A stretch of 31,962 nt of DNA from Moorena sp. SIO3A5. GTDB lineage: Bacteria > Cyanobacteriota > Cyanobacteriia > Cyanobacteriales > Coleofasciculaceae. Position 1 is the first letter of the stretch, and each line of letters starts with the position of its first letter. Below, one piece after another: positions 17,068-25,064 of the stretch. The notes beneath the pieces were generated by a model, which saw only the letters and a list, made by a program, of their open reading frames with translations, made no database searches and was not told the DNA's origin. Where the stretch lies: positions 1-31,962 of the forward strand of contig NZ_JAAHHD010000019.1 in NCBI RefSeq assembly GCF_010672205.1. Reading direction: 5' to 3'. The position numbers and the translations under genes were made by a program.

Positions 17068-17228
17068 TTACCTATTACCTATTACCTATTACCTATTACC
17101 TATCACCCATCACCCATCACCCATCACCCATCACCTATTACCTATTACCTATTACCCATTACCTATTACCTATCACCTATCACCCATCACCCATCACCTA
17201 TTACCTATTACCTATTACCCATTACCTT
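17068..17228. repeat. Heptamer array CTATTAC/CCATCAC
   Basis: Direct reading. The ORFs 17048..17236, 17058..17240 and 16826..17011 are artefacts. Confidence 0.9.
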
Positions 17229-17365
17229 TGCTATAGCTGATAGCTGACGCGATCGCTTTTTTTTATTCTCTCTAAAACTTCCAAAAAAAAGTTTAAAAAA
17301 CCTTGACAAATAAAATTATAATCATTACAATAATTATATACAACCACAATGATTCCAAGTTTCGA

Positions 17366-17569
17366 CTTATGTCAAAAAACTTCAAGCAAAATCTCAATAA
17401 ACAACCTGTTGAGCACACTCTAAAAGGTCCTCGTCAAGCCGTAATCTATAGTATGCAAATGTTTTATTCCCTAGGGTATGGGGAGATTGCCGACTGGAGC
17501 CCTTTGGAACCTACTGAAACTCCTGGGGAAGTGATGACAACCATGATGAAGTATTGGCTGTTGCCATAA
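17366..17569 (+). CDS. Small hypothetical protein, 67 aa
   Basis: An ATG starts MSKNFKQNL.... The upstream part of ORF 17303 (MTNKIIIITIII) is AT-rich leader sequence. A GC hairpin CTGGGGGGcttCCCCCCAG follows immediately at 17582..17600. Confidence 0.35.
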   Translation, partial: LMSKNFKQNLNKQPVEHTLKGPRQAVIYSMQMFYSLGYGEIADWSPLEPTETPGEVMTTMMKYWLLP

Positions 17570-17705
17570 CACCTTAAATTTCTGGGGGGCTTCCCCCCAG
17601 AGCCTTGGCTCCGGTCTGGTCCCGTAGGGTGGCCGAAAGACCAAGGTAAATCAAATAGGATCACATCAGGTTCGGTTTGGGAAATCAGTGACATAAGTCA
17701 TTTAA

Positions 17706-17741
17706 ATAGCCGTGGATAGTATTTCTACGGCTATTTTTTTT
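17706..17741 (+). terminator. Rho-independent terminator TAGCCGT...ACGGCTA followed by T8
   Basis: A 7-bp stem is followed by TTTTTTTT. Confidence 0.55.
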
Positions 17742-17964
17742 GTTTTGAGATATATGGAAAAAGGGAATCGGGAATCGGGAATCGGGAATCGGGAATCGGG
17801 AATCGGGGAACAGAGGGTGCATCTCATAGTTGTAAATAGGCTTTTTTTCCTCTTGCCTTCCCCTCCTGGGAGGGGTTAGGGGTGGGTTCCTCTTGCCTCT
17901 TGCCTGTTTTCTGTTCCCTGTTCCCTAAAACCCAGGACTCTTTACCTCACCCAATTGCAAACCG

Positions 17965-18040
17965 CTGATAGCTGTTCGCGTAGCGTGCGCGTAGCGCATA
18001 AGCTGATAGCTGTTCGCGTAGCGTGCGCGTAGCGCATAAG
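17965..18040. repeat. 38-bp tandem repeat x2 (GCTGATAGCTGTTCGCGTAGCGTGCGCGTAGCGCATAA)
   Basis: Direct reading. The unit contains the palindromic core CGCGTAGCGTGCGCGTAGCGC. A related CGTAGCGTGACC...GGTCAATCGC pair lies at 15807..15895. Confidence 0.8.
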
Positions 18041-18216
18041 CTGATAGCTGATAGCTTACCCATTACCCATTACCCATTACCCATTACCCATTACCCATTA
18101 CCCATTACCTATTACCCATTACTCACTCAACACTCAGCACTATTTAATGACGACATGCTAAAACAGGGTTGGTATTCACCATAGTTATATCCAGCTTGTG
18201 CTGACAAGCATTATCT

Positions 18217-18912
18217 ATGCCAAATCTGACCCTGGAAAGGAATCCCTGTGTCTTAGTTGTAGAAAACGATCAAATATTGGCGGAACGGCTGAGTCAGGAC
18301 TTGAAAGAAGCAGGTTATCATACCGTCATTGCCCTTGATGCCTCCGTTGCTTGCCATCAAGCCTGTGAACTCCAGCCAGCAATGGTGGTTGTGGATAGAG
18401 CACTTTCAGGAGAATCAGGGCTGAGATTATGCGATCAGCTCAGACGTGAAGGCTCTCGCGTACCTGTAATCATGCTGATGGCTCATGACCGAGTAGAGGA
18501 TCGAGTGGCTTGTATAGAAGCAGGAGCTGATGATTATTTCCTGAAACCCTATCGTAGCGAGCCATTTGTGAAAATGGTGCGGCTTTATCTAGAGCCAAAA
18601 ACAGGAGGCTCCGAGCAGCTCAGGTTTGGAGAACTAACTTTAGACCTAAGCCAGCGTAGAGCCATGCGCAACGGACGGGTGATTGATTTGACCATGAAAG
18701 AGTTTGAACTGCTCAAGTATTTGATCAGCCATCCCAGAGAAGTATTAACTCGCGAACAAATTTTGGAAAATGTTTGGGGTTATGACTTTATGGGAGAGTC
18801 CAATGTGATTGAAGTCTATATTCGCTATTTACGTATCAAGATAGAAGATGAAGGTGAAAGGCGATTAATCCAGACGGTGCGTGGTGTTGGTTATGTGTTA
18901 CGGGAGGCTTAG
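18217..18912 (+). CDS. OmpR-family response regulator (receiver plus winged helix), NblR-like, 231 aa
   Basis: The receiver domain reads VLVVENDQ...VVVDRALSGESGL...VIMLMAHD...AGADDYFLKPY. The OmpR-type winged helix reads LTMKEFELLKYL...VLTREQILENVWGYDF...IEVYIRYLRIKIE...RGVGYVL. The LSGESGL motif is atypical and resembles NblR, but this is tentative. Confidence 0.88.
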   Translation: MPNLTLERNPCVLVVENDQILAERLSQDLKEAGYHTVIALDASVACHQACELQPAMVVVDRALSGESGLRLCDQLRREGSRVPVIMLMAHDRVEDRVACIEAGADDYFLKPYRSEPFVKMVRLYLEPKTGGSEQLRFGELTLDLSQRRAMRNGRVIDLTMKEFELLKYLISHPREVLTREQILENVWGYDFMGESNVIEVYIRYLRIKIEDEGERRLIQTVRGVGYVLREA

Positions 18913-18922
18913 GGTTGTGGGT

Positions 18923-19489
18923 ATGACGTTTCAAATCACTCTATGTGCAATAGCACTAAGTATTTTAATCATGGGCTGTTCAGCAGGGTCAGTTCCAGAA
19001 GACACTATAAATAGTACCTCTGTGAAATCTGGTCAACCACCAGCAACAGCCCCATCAGTTTCACAATCACCAAGCAAATTAGGTCAAATGTTACCAATTT
19101 CTGCTGAGGCTGACATCGCAGGTGAGCGGATTGGGCTGGAAGTGGCACAGACCCCTGAGCAACAGGCAATGGGTTTGATGTATCGCCTATCTCTAGCACC
19201 GGATCGGGGGATGTTATTTGGCTTCGACCCACCACGGCGTGTCAGCTTTTGGATGAAGAATGTTAAAATCTATCTGGATATGGTGTTTCTAAGAAATGGG
19301 GAAGTAAAAGCGATCGCAAAATCTGTCCCCCCCTGCCAAACCGATAAATGTCCTACCTATGGTCCAGGAAAGGAAATTATTGACCAAGTGATTGAACTCC
19401 GTGGCGGACGTGCGGCTGAACTGGGTCTGAAAGTAGGTGACCAGGTCACTGTTAAGTTTCTGGATCGGAGTAGTACTGCACCTAACTAG
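18923..19489 (+). CDS. DUF192-family lipoprotein, 188 aa
   Basis: The start is an ATG giving MTFQITLCAIALSILIMGCSAG, which has a lipobox. The DUF192 core is LEVAQTPEQQAMGLMYR...MLFGFDPPRRVSFWMKNVKIYLDMVFL. The longer ORF from 18881 overlaps the regulator gene. Confidence 0.7.
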   Translation: MTFQITLCAIALSILIMGCSAGSVPEDTINSTSVKSGQPPATAPSVSQSPSKLGQMLPISAEADIAGERIGLEVAQTPEQQAMGLMYRLSLAPDRGMLFGFDPPRRVSFWMKNVKIYLDMVFLRNGEVKAIAKSVPPCQTDKCPTYGPGKEIIDQVIELRGGRAAELGLKVGDQVTVKFLDRSSTAPN

Positions 19490-20585
19490 TACTCTATAAC
19501 ATTTAGCTTTGAGGGTTAGGCGAAGGTGGCACAGTTGCGTAGGGTGTGTTAGGGAAGGGCTCCCTCTGACCGCCTCTTCGCGCCTTGTTTGGACAGCCCG
19601 TCCCGTAACGCACCACCTTATAATATTAATTCCTTGATTCAGCAATGCATTGTGGCAAGGGTTCAGGCTTTATTGCTTAAAGCCTAATCCTAATCCCTCA
19701 AGTCTCAAGAACTAGGTATAAAGCAGTGAAGTACCCCAACCTGCTTCGCTGAGGTTGGGGCTTCCCATTCCCAGGTCAGTTCAGTGACGGTCTTATTCGT
19801 CTTTGGGATTTCCCGCTTCATCCGCCGACGCCTCAACCAGCAAGCTGGCGTTGGTCTTACTCAGCGTCCACAGGCAGACATCCGCCTTCCGCAGATGTAT
19901 ATTTTTACGACAGACTCACCTTGGAATTACAGCATCTATGGCTAACCAGCTGGGGCAAGTCTCTTCCCTGAGCTCTGCTAGTACTTTTATACCTTCTATC
20001 AATAGGTAGCCTTTTAGTCAGTCAGGCGGGTCAGCGACCAATTTTATTATATCACGAATCATCGTAAGTTGTCGTCTCGCTATCCATCCCCACCCCTCTT
20101 GAGGGTGGGGAATTCCGCGAGTTTCGTTAAGCCTTATGCTATCATCCCTATACATAAGCATTCAGCTGACTGCCAATAGTTTAATGCTTACCTCTGTCGT
20201 GGGGCTTCTGGCGGATTAAGCTAAATTAGGGTAATCTTTCCTAAGACAGATGTAAAAAGCTCGCAAATGACTATACCCTTGATTACTAATGGCTGCCCTT
20301 GACATAATTAATCAAGGTTGGGAAAACAAGGGTAGGGGTGACGCTACTGACTCTTAGCGGTGAATCGCTAAGTTGAGGGTGTGAGAGAGTAGTCAGTTAT
20401 AGCGTACGCCAGCCAAAGTTTTTAACTTGACAGACCATTGTCAATCAAGGGTCTGATGTAGTGTGTGTTTAAAACTGTCGAATTTTGCTTGACTTAACCA
20501 TATGAGCTAGGAGGGTCTTGCCAACTCAGTGTGTTGGCAAGGTCTAGGGGTGATGCGAGTGGGGTATTTGATCTCGATACTGGGA

Positions 20586-20800
20586 AGAAAGCGATGCAGC
20601 GCGGTCTTGGGGAGGCAGCGCGGTCTTGGGGAGGCAGCGCGGTCTTGGGGAGGCAGCGCGGTCTTGGGGGTTTCCCCCATGAGCGACTGCCGTGGTTTCC
20701 CCCATGAGCGACTGCCGTGGTTTCCCCCATGAGCGACTGCCGTGGTCTCCCCCATGAGCGACTGCCGTGGTTTCCCCCATGAGCGACTGCATCAAGACAC
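20586..20800. repeat. Palindromic element with arm-wise tandem amplification (4x GCAGCGCGGTCTTGGGGA; 5x GTTTCCCCCATGAGCGACTGCCGTG)
   Basis: Direct reading. The unexpanded form (GATGCAGCGCGGTCTTGGGGGTTTCCCCCATGAGCGACTGCATCAAGAC) is at 21895..21950. The minus-strand ORFs 20494..20802, 20507..20755 and 20544..20795 and the plus-strand ORF 20529..20732 are artefacts. Confidence 0.85.
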
Positions 20801-21058
20801 ATAAGATTGCTGTTCTAGGTTGACGAGAATCTCAGGTTGGCAGTGATTTAGGACACAGGTAATCAGCCTCCTAACCCTGAAAATTTATACAGGGATACTA
20901 GAGTGCTATTCCTGTCATCCTAAATCCTAGTCGGGTGATGATTGGGAAAGTCAACTACTTTCCTATGGGATTAATTATCCTTAAAACCTGAAAATTTCCT
21001 ACTGTTTCTATGTCAGGTATAACCGACACTCGTAATTTCCTAGTGGACAGATGAGATA

Positions 21059-21328
21059 GTGGCTACTGATGGTTTACACATTCAGATTACTAATTCCCAA
21101 ATAGAGCCTATTAAAGGAGGTGAAATACAACTAATTATGGCACCAAAAACCTATACAAAATTCTTGCATTTTCTCCAAGAAGAGTTAGCAATTTCTAGAG
21201 ATTCAATTGCGATCGCACAACGACACCGGGAACAAGATCCAGGACTTTTGCCAATGATTCTTTGGCAGTATGGTTTGGTAACTCTGGAGCAATTAGATAA
21301 AATTTATGACTGGTTGGAAACAGCCTAA
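21059..21328 (+). CDS. DUF2949-family small protein (cyanobacteria-specific)
   Basis: The conserved C-terminus is LPMILWQYGLVTLEQLDKIYDWLE. The true start is uncertain: GTG at 21059, or ATG at 21137, which lies 18 nt after an AAGGAGG. Confidence 0.55.
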   Translation: MATDGLHIQITNSQIEPIKGGEIQLIMAPKTYTKFLHFLQEELAISRDSIAIAQRHREQDPGLLPMILWQYGLVTLEQLDKIYDWLETA

Positions 21329-21466
21329 AGCCTGAGCCATCAGGGAGGAGAGAAACTATGTCTAAGGAGCTATGTCTTTGGGTTAAAATATCCCTAAGAC
21401 AAATTTATAATTCTACTTTGTCCTTAACTATTTATCCCCTTATCAAAAAGAGCGGTTTCATGAGTG

Positions 21467-21570
21467 GGGTGCATCTCAGTTTTGCAATTAGGCAAAAATT
21501 CGGGAGAAAATTCCCACACTCCCCGGGCCCGGGCCCCACACTTCCTTTTTTACAAATATGAGATGCACCC
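21467..21570. mobile_element. MITE family C, copy 2 (GGGTGCATCTC ... GAGATGCACCC)
   Basis: It has perfect 11-bp TIRs and a different interior from the copy at 8391. ORF 21358..21561 is an artefact. Confidence 0.65.
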
Positions 21571-21579
21571 GACTATAAA

Positions 21580-21742
21580 GGGAGCAGGTCAAATAAGCCT
21601 AACAAATGAACTACTTGACAAAACAACAAAAATCCGGTCTTAGTTGCAGAACAGATGAACTATTTACCAGATCAGCAAGCAATTACCCATCAGGGGGCTA
21701 TAGTAATGGTAAAAATATTAGGCTTAAGTGACATGCTTCCCC
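21580..21742 (-). mobile_element. MITE family A, short copy
   Basis: The reverse complement aligns with 4349..4615 at both termini and over about 90 nt of interior, and it lacks a block of about 105 nt present in the long copy. Confidence 0.6.
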
Positions 21743-21984
21743 TATTACCTATTACCCATTACCTATTACCCATTCCCCATTCCCCATTCCCCATTCCCCA
21801 TTCCCCATTCCCCATTCCCCTTTTACAAATATGAGATGCACCCAGCGCGGCTCTCCCCCCAAAGTAAACTTTAGGTAACTCTATCATGCCAGAAAAGCGA
21901 TGCAGCGCGGTCTTGGGGGTTTCCCCCATGAGCGACTGCATCAAGACGCGATTAGTTGATCATCCCATCGATTACCACGAAGCC

Positions 21985-22335
21985 ATGGAGCGCCTTGAGC
22001 AGCTTGCCCAGAGGAATTCCAAGCCCGAAAATTCCTATCCCTATCCCATCACCGAGCGAGAACAAATCCTAATTCGACTGTACAGTTACTGGGAATTGGG
22101 TATGACACCGCAACGGTTTTATCAAAAGTGGGACATAACTCCAGAAGATATAGCTTTGATCTGTTCTTGCTCTACTCAAACCGTCAACGGCTGGTTTAAC
22201 ACCAGTCGTCGCTGTTACCCTCCCACTCCCGGTCACTTGCGCCATCTGGCCATTATGGATTTCTTATTGGAAGATTTTGAGACAATTCCGAAAGAGTTAT
22301 TGGAGCGATTGTTCTCGAAGGAGGTCAGAATGTAG
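21985..22335 (+). CDS. HTH-domain hypothetical protein, about 116 aa
   Basis: The conserved-looking region begins MERLEQLAQ and contains a CSCSTQTVNGWF HTH-like segment. The ORF runs upstream to 21886 through the palindromic repeat at 21895..21950, so the start is ambiguous. Confidence 0.45.
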   Translation: MERLEQLAQRNSKPENSYPYPITEREQILIRLYSYWELGMTPQRFYQKWDITPEDIALICSCSTQTVNGWFNTSRRCYPPTPGHLRHLAIMDFLLEDFETIPKELLERLFSKEVRM

Positions 22336-22625
22336 AATTTAGAATGAAGAATTTAGAATGAAGAATTTAGAATGAAGAATTTAGAATGAAGAATGAAGAA
22401 TGTAGAATGCATAATTTAGAATGGTGAATGTAGAATGGTGAATGTAGAATGGTGAAGGCAGAAGGCAGAAGGCAGAAGGCAGGATTTCCAATTCTAAATT
22501 CCCAATTCCCAATTCCCAATTCTAAATTCTATTGAATTCTAAATTATGCATTATTAATTCCCAATTATTAATTCTCAATTATTAATTCTCAATTATTAAT
22601 TCTACATTCTACATTCTACATTCTA
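22336..22625. repeat. Heptamer arrays (GAATTTA/GAATGAA/GAATGTA/GAATGGT; CAGAAGG; CCCAATT; ATTAATTCTCA; ACATTCT)
   Basis: Direct reading between two convergent genes. Confidence 0.9.
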
Positions 22626-23153
22626 CATTCTACATTCTCTGCGCCACTCTGCTGCTTTTCGATCCATCTCTTTGATGAACCCATCTTTTCCCTCCATATA
22701 TGCTTCAATATTGTCTGGATATTTCTTAGCAAGTTCTCGCTTAAGTTCACCGTATTTTTGGGCATCCTTAGGATGGGCAATCAGATAATCTCGAAAGGCT
22801 AAGTGGCGCTCTACCTCTACCGAATTAACCTCAAACATATGAACATGATGTGTTCTGATTCCTATTTGATTATGTTTCCGGAAATAACGACGACCTGGTA
22901 TGCCGTATTCACCCATTCCTTCATAGCCTATTGTCTCCATTGCTGAACTATTTTCATCTACTTTGGTAATGTCTTTGACTTCAACCAAAATATCAATAAT
23001 TGGTTTAGCATCTAGTTCTGGAATAGATGTACTCCCAATATGGTGTACAGCAACTAAGTTTTCGGCGACGGCAAGGGCAATCTGCTTTGATTCACGCTCA
23101 AATTCATCTCGCCACTTGGGGTCATGGGGAACAACTTCTACTTTTATTGACAT
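22623..23153 (-). CDS. GrpB-family protein (UPF0157, nucleotidyltransferase fold), 176 aa
   Basis: The motifs HHIGSTSIPELDAKPIIDILVEV and HHVHMFE...HLAFRDYL are typical of GrpB. Confidence 0.8.
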   Translation of the reverse strand: MSIKVEVVPHDPKWRDEFERESKQIALAVAENLVAVHHIGSTSIPELDAKPIIDILVEVKDITKVDENSSAMETIGYEGMGEYGIPGRRYFRKHNQIGIRTHHVHMFEVNSVEVERHLAFRDYLIAHPKDAQKYGELKRELAKKYPDNIEAYMEGKDGFIKEMDRKAAEWRRECRM

Positions 23154-23192
23154 AACTACAGCATTTTTATTGTAAGTATATGCGCTACGCGA

Positions 23193-23450
23193 ACAGCGGT
23201 CAGCCGTCAGCCGTCAGCCGTCAGCCGTCAGCCGTCAGTGATCAGCAGAGGTAACTTAGATGAAACAAATGGTTACCTGTTTTATTCCAAAGCTGAAAGC
23301 TGAAAGCTGAAAGCTGATAGCTGATAGCTGAAAGCTGAAAGCTGAAAGCTGAAAGCTGATAGCTGAAAGCTGAAAGCTGATAGCTGAAAGCTGATAGCTG
23401 AAAGCTGATAGCTGATAGCTGAAAGCTGAAAGTTGATAGCTTACGACTAT
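23193..23450. repeat. Heptamer arrays CAGCCGT, then AGCTGAA/AGCTGAT
   Basis: Direct reading. This is the last large array in the window. Confidence 0.9.
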
Positions 23451-24990
23451 ACCTGCTAAAGAAGTAGAGAGCTGAGCGATTATTAAGCAGAAATTAAAGA
23501 AAGAAATCTAACGATTTGCCCAACTGGGTAACCTGTTAAGTATGGTTTTAGTGAATTCTCCCTCCGCTAACATGCGCGGGTATAGCGGGGGCTTCAAAGA
23601 CGAGCGCCCTGATGTGGGTGTTCGTTTTTGAATTTCCTGGTTATGCTTCGTTACCGAAGTTTGCACCACTTACCTAGCGTTCACACGCCCCGGCAGATCG
23701 ATTGCTCAGGCAGTTTCCAGTTCCCGATGTTCCACGGGTAAAGTTTGATGTTTTGCGATTCCCCGGTTGCAAATTACTTGAGCGCTAGCTACGTCTCTAG
23801 GCTTGACAGAACAGCAGTTATCGCAACGGTGAATCCGATCAGCGAGTGTTTTTTTAACAGTTACACCGCAATCGGGGCATTCTTGAGAAGTTCCACGGTG
23901 ATCAACCGTGTCGAAAAACTTCCCAAGTTTCAACGCGACAGTCTTAGTAATCTGACGCAATTCACCTAAACCAGCGTCTAAGGTATGTTTACCCAACATC
24001 CCCTTAGCCATTGTCCGAAAATCAATGTCTTCAAAGAAAATACTGTCACACTCAGCTAGCAGCTGATGAGCCAGTTTGTAATGGTGATCTCTTCTTTGAG
24101 CCGCTACAGTTCGGTGAAGTCTCGCTACTTTCAACTGAGCTTTACGGTAGTTAGCTGATCCCTTTTGTTTCCTGTTTAAGCGACGTTGCAGCAATTTAAG
24201 CTTGCGTTCTGCTTTGACTTTGAACCGGGGACGCTTTACCTGTAAGCTATCTGAAGTGGCGACAAGGTAATCAAGTCCAAGATCAACACCAATAGCGTGA
24301 CCGTGGAACCCAACTGACGGAACATTAACATCACACTGGATGCAAATATTGCAATACCAGTGATCCGCTTTTTTGATGACCCGAACATTTTTAATTTTGA
24401 AACCATCCGGGATCGGACGATGAAGATTAATTGTCACTTTTCCCAGTTTGGGAAGCTTGATCACGTTGTTTTGAGCATCTAATGGTGAAGTTTTGAACTG
24501 AGGAAATAATGTTGATCTCAGCTTCCCTGGTTTCTTAAACCGTGGATATCCAAAACCACGTTCACGCATAAAATCAAACCCTTTGTGAAGCTGTTTGATA
24601 GTGCATTGCAGGTTTTGGGCAGGCACCGCTTTCAGTCGTGGGTTTGTCTTTTTAGCTTTAGCTAATTCAGCATTCTGCTTATATTCGGACGGATACGGTT
24701 CATCGGGTGGAATTACATATTCACTAACGATTGAACACCGATCAATCGGACACTTCCGGCTGTTTGACCAGTCTTTAATCTGCCTCAAAGCGTAGTTGTA
24801 AACCCTTCGAGACGTTTCGAGCCAGTCACACAGGGTGATCGCCTGTTCAGCATCGGGATAAATACGATATTGGTAGTTCAATCTCAGCATACCCATAGTA
24901 TAGCTAGTTCTACTAGCAACCTCACCATCCGTAGACTAAAAAATTGGTAAAGTTAAGGGCAAGTGGATGAATCCCACTTGCCCTTAACAA
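23450..24990 (-). mobile_element. IS200/IS605-family element carrying only tnpB (IS1341-like)
   Basis: The tnpB ORF sits with a perfect 15-bp subterminal hairpin (GTTAAGGGCAAGTGG-atgaatc-CCACTTGCCCTTAAC, 24952..24988) on its 5' side, typical of IS605 ends. There is no tnpA. The boundaries are approximate. Confidence 0.5.
23706..24896 (-). CDS. tnpB: TnpB (OrfB) RNA-guided endonuclease, IS200/IS605 family, 396 aa
   Basis: The N-terminus MGMLRLNYQYRIYP is followed by RuvC-like segments (IGVDLGLDYLVATSD; IFFEDIDFRTM) and a C-terminal zinc finger (CPDCG...CDNC). Confidence 0.9.
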   Translation of the reverse strand: MGMLRLNYQYRIYPDAEQAITLCDWLETSRRVYNYALRQIKDWSNSRKCPIDRCSIVSEYVIPPDEPYPSEYKQNAELAKAKKTNPRLKAVPAQNLQCTIKQLHKGFDFMRERGFGYPRFKKPGKLRSTLFPQFKTSPLDAQNNVIKLPKLGKVTINLHRPIPDGFKIKNVRVIKKADHWYCNICIQCDVNVPSVGFHGHAIGVDLGLDYLVATSDSLQVKRPRFKVKAERKLKLLQRRLNRKQKGSANYRKAQLKVARLHRTVAAQRRDHHYKLAHQLLAECDSIFFEDIDFRTMAKGMLGKHTLDAGLGELRQITKTVALKLGKFFDTVDHRGTSQECPDCGVTVKKTLADRIHRCDNCCSVKPRDVASAQVICNRGIAKHQTLPVEHRELETA

Positions 24991-25064
24991 CCCCCAACCC
25001 TAGTTAGACTTAGCCTGGGCTAGGTCTAGACTACCTAAATAGATATCAGTAATTTCCCATAACT

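Noticed and set aside
17281-17340. TTGACA ... TATAAT-like promoter upstream of 17366
   Set aside because: The spacing between the TTGACA and the nearest TATAAT-like hexamer is only about 8 nt, and the region is generally AT-rich, so it is not supportable.
19289-19645. 118-aa minus-strand ORF
   Set aside because: It lies antisense to the well-supported DUF192 gene and a family-B repeat, with no RBS or conservation signal.
19803-20009. 68-aa ORF in the ORF-free region
   Set aside because: It shows no recognisable similarity and has low-complexity S/A-rich composition. It is more likely non-coding, although the region as a whole is flagged as a finding.
20586-20800. Possible CRISPR array (regularly spaced 18-25-bp direct repeats)
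   Set aside because: The repeats are strictly head-to-tail with no unique spacers. They represent amplification of the two arms of a palindrome that is also present as a single copy at 21895..21950.
21358-21561. 67-aa ORF
   Set aside because: It lies inside MITE family C copy 2 (21467..21570) and AT-rich flanking sequence.
23575-23630. tRNA-like segment GCGGGTATAGCGGGGGC...GGTGTTCG
   Set aside because: It does not fold into a canonical cloverleaf. It lies in the expected 3' omega-RNA or right-end region of the tnpB element.
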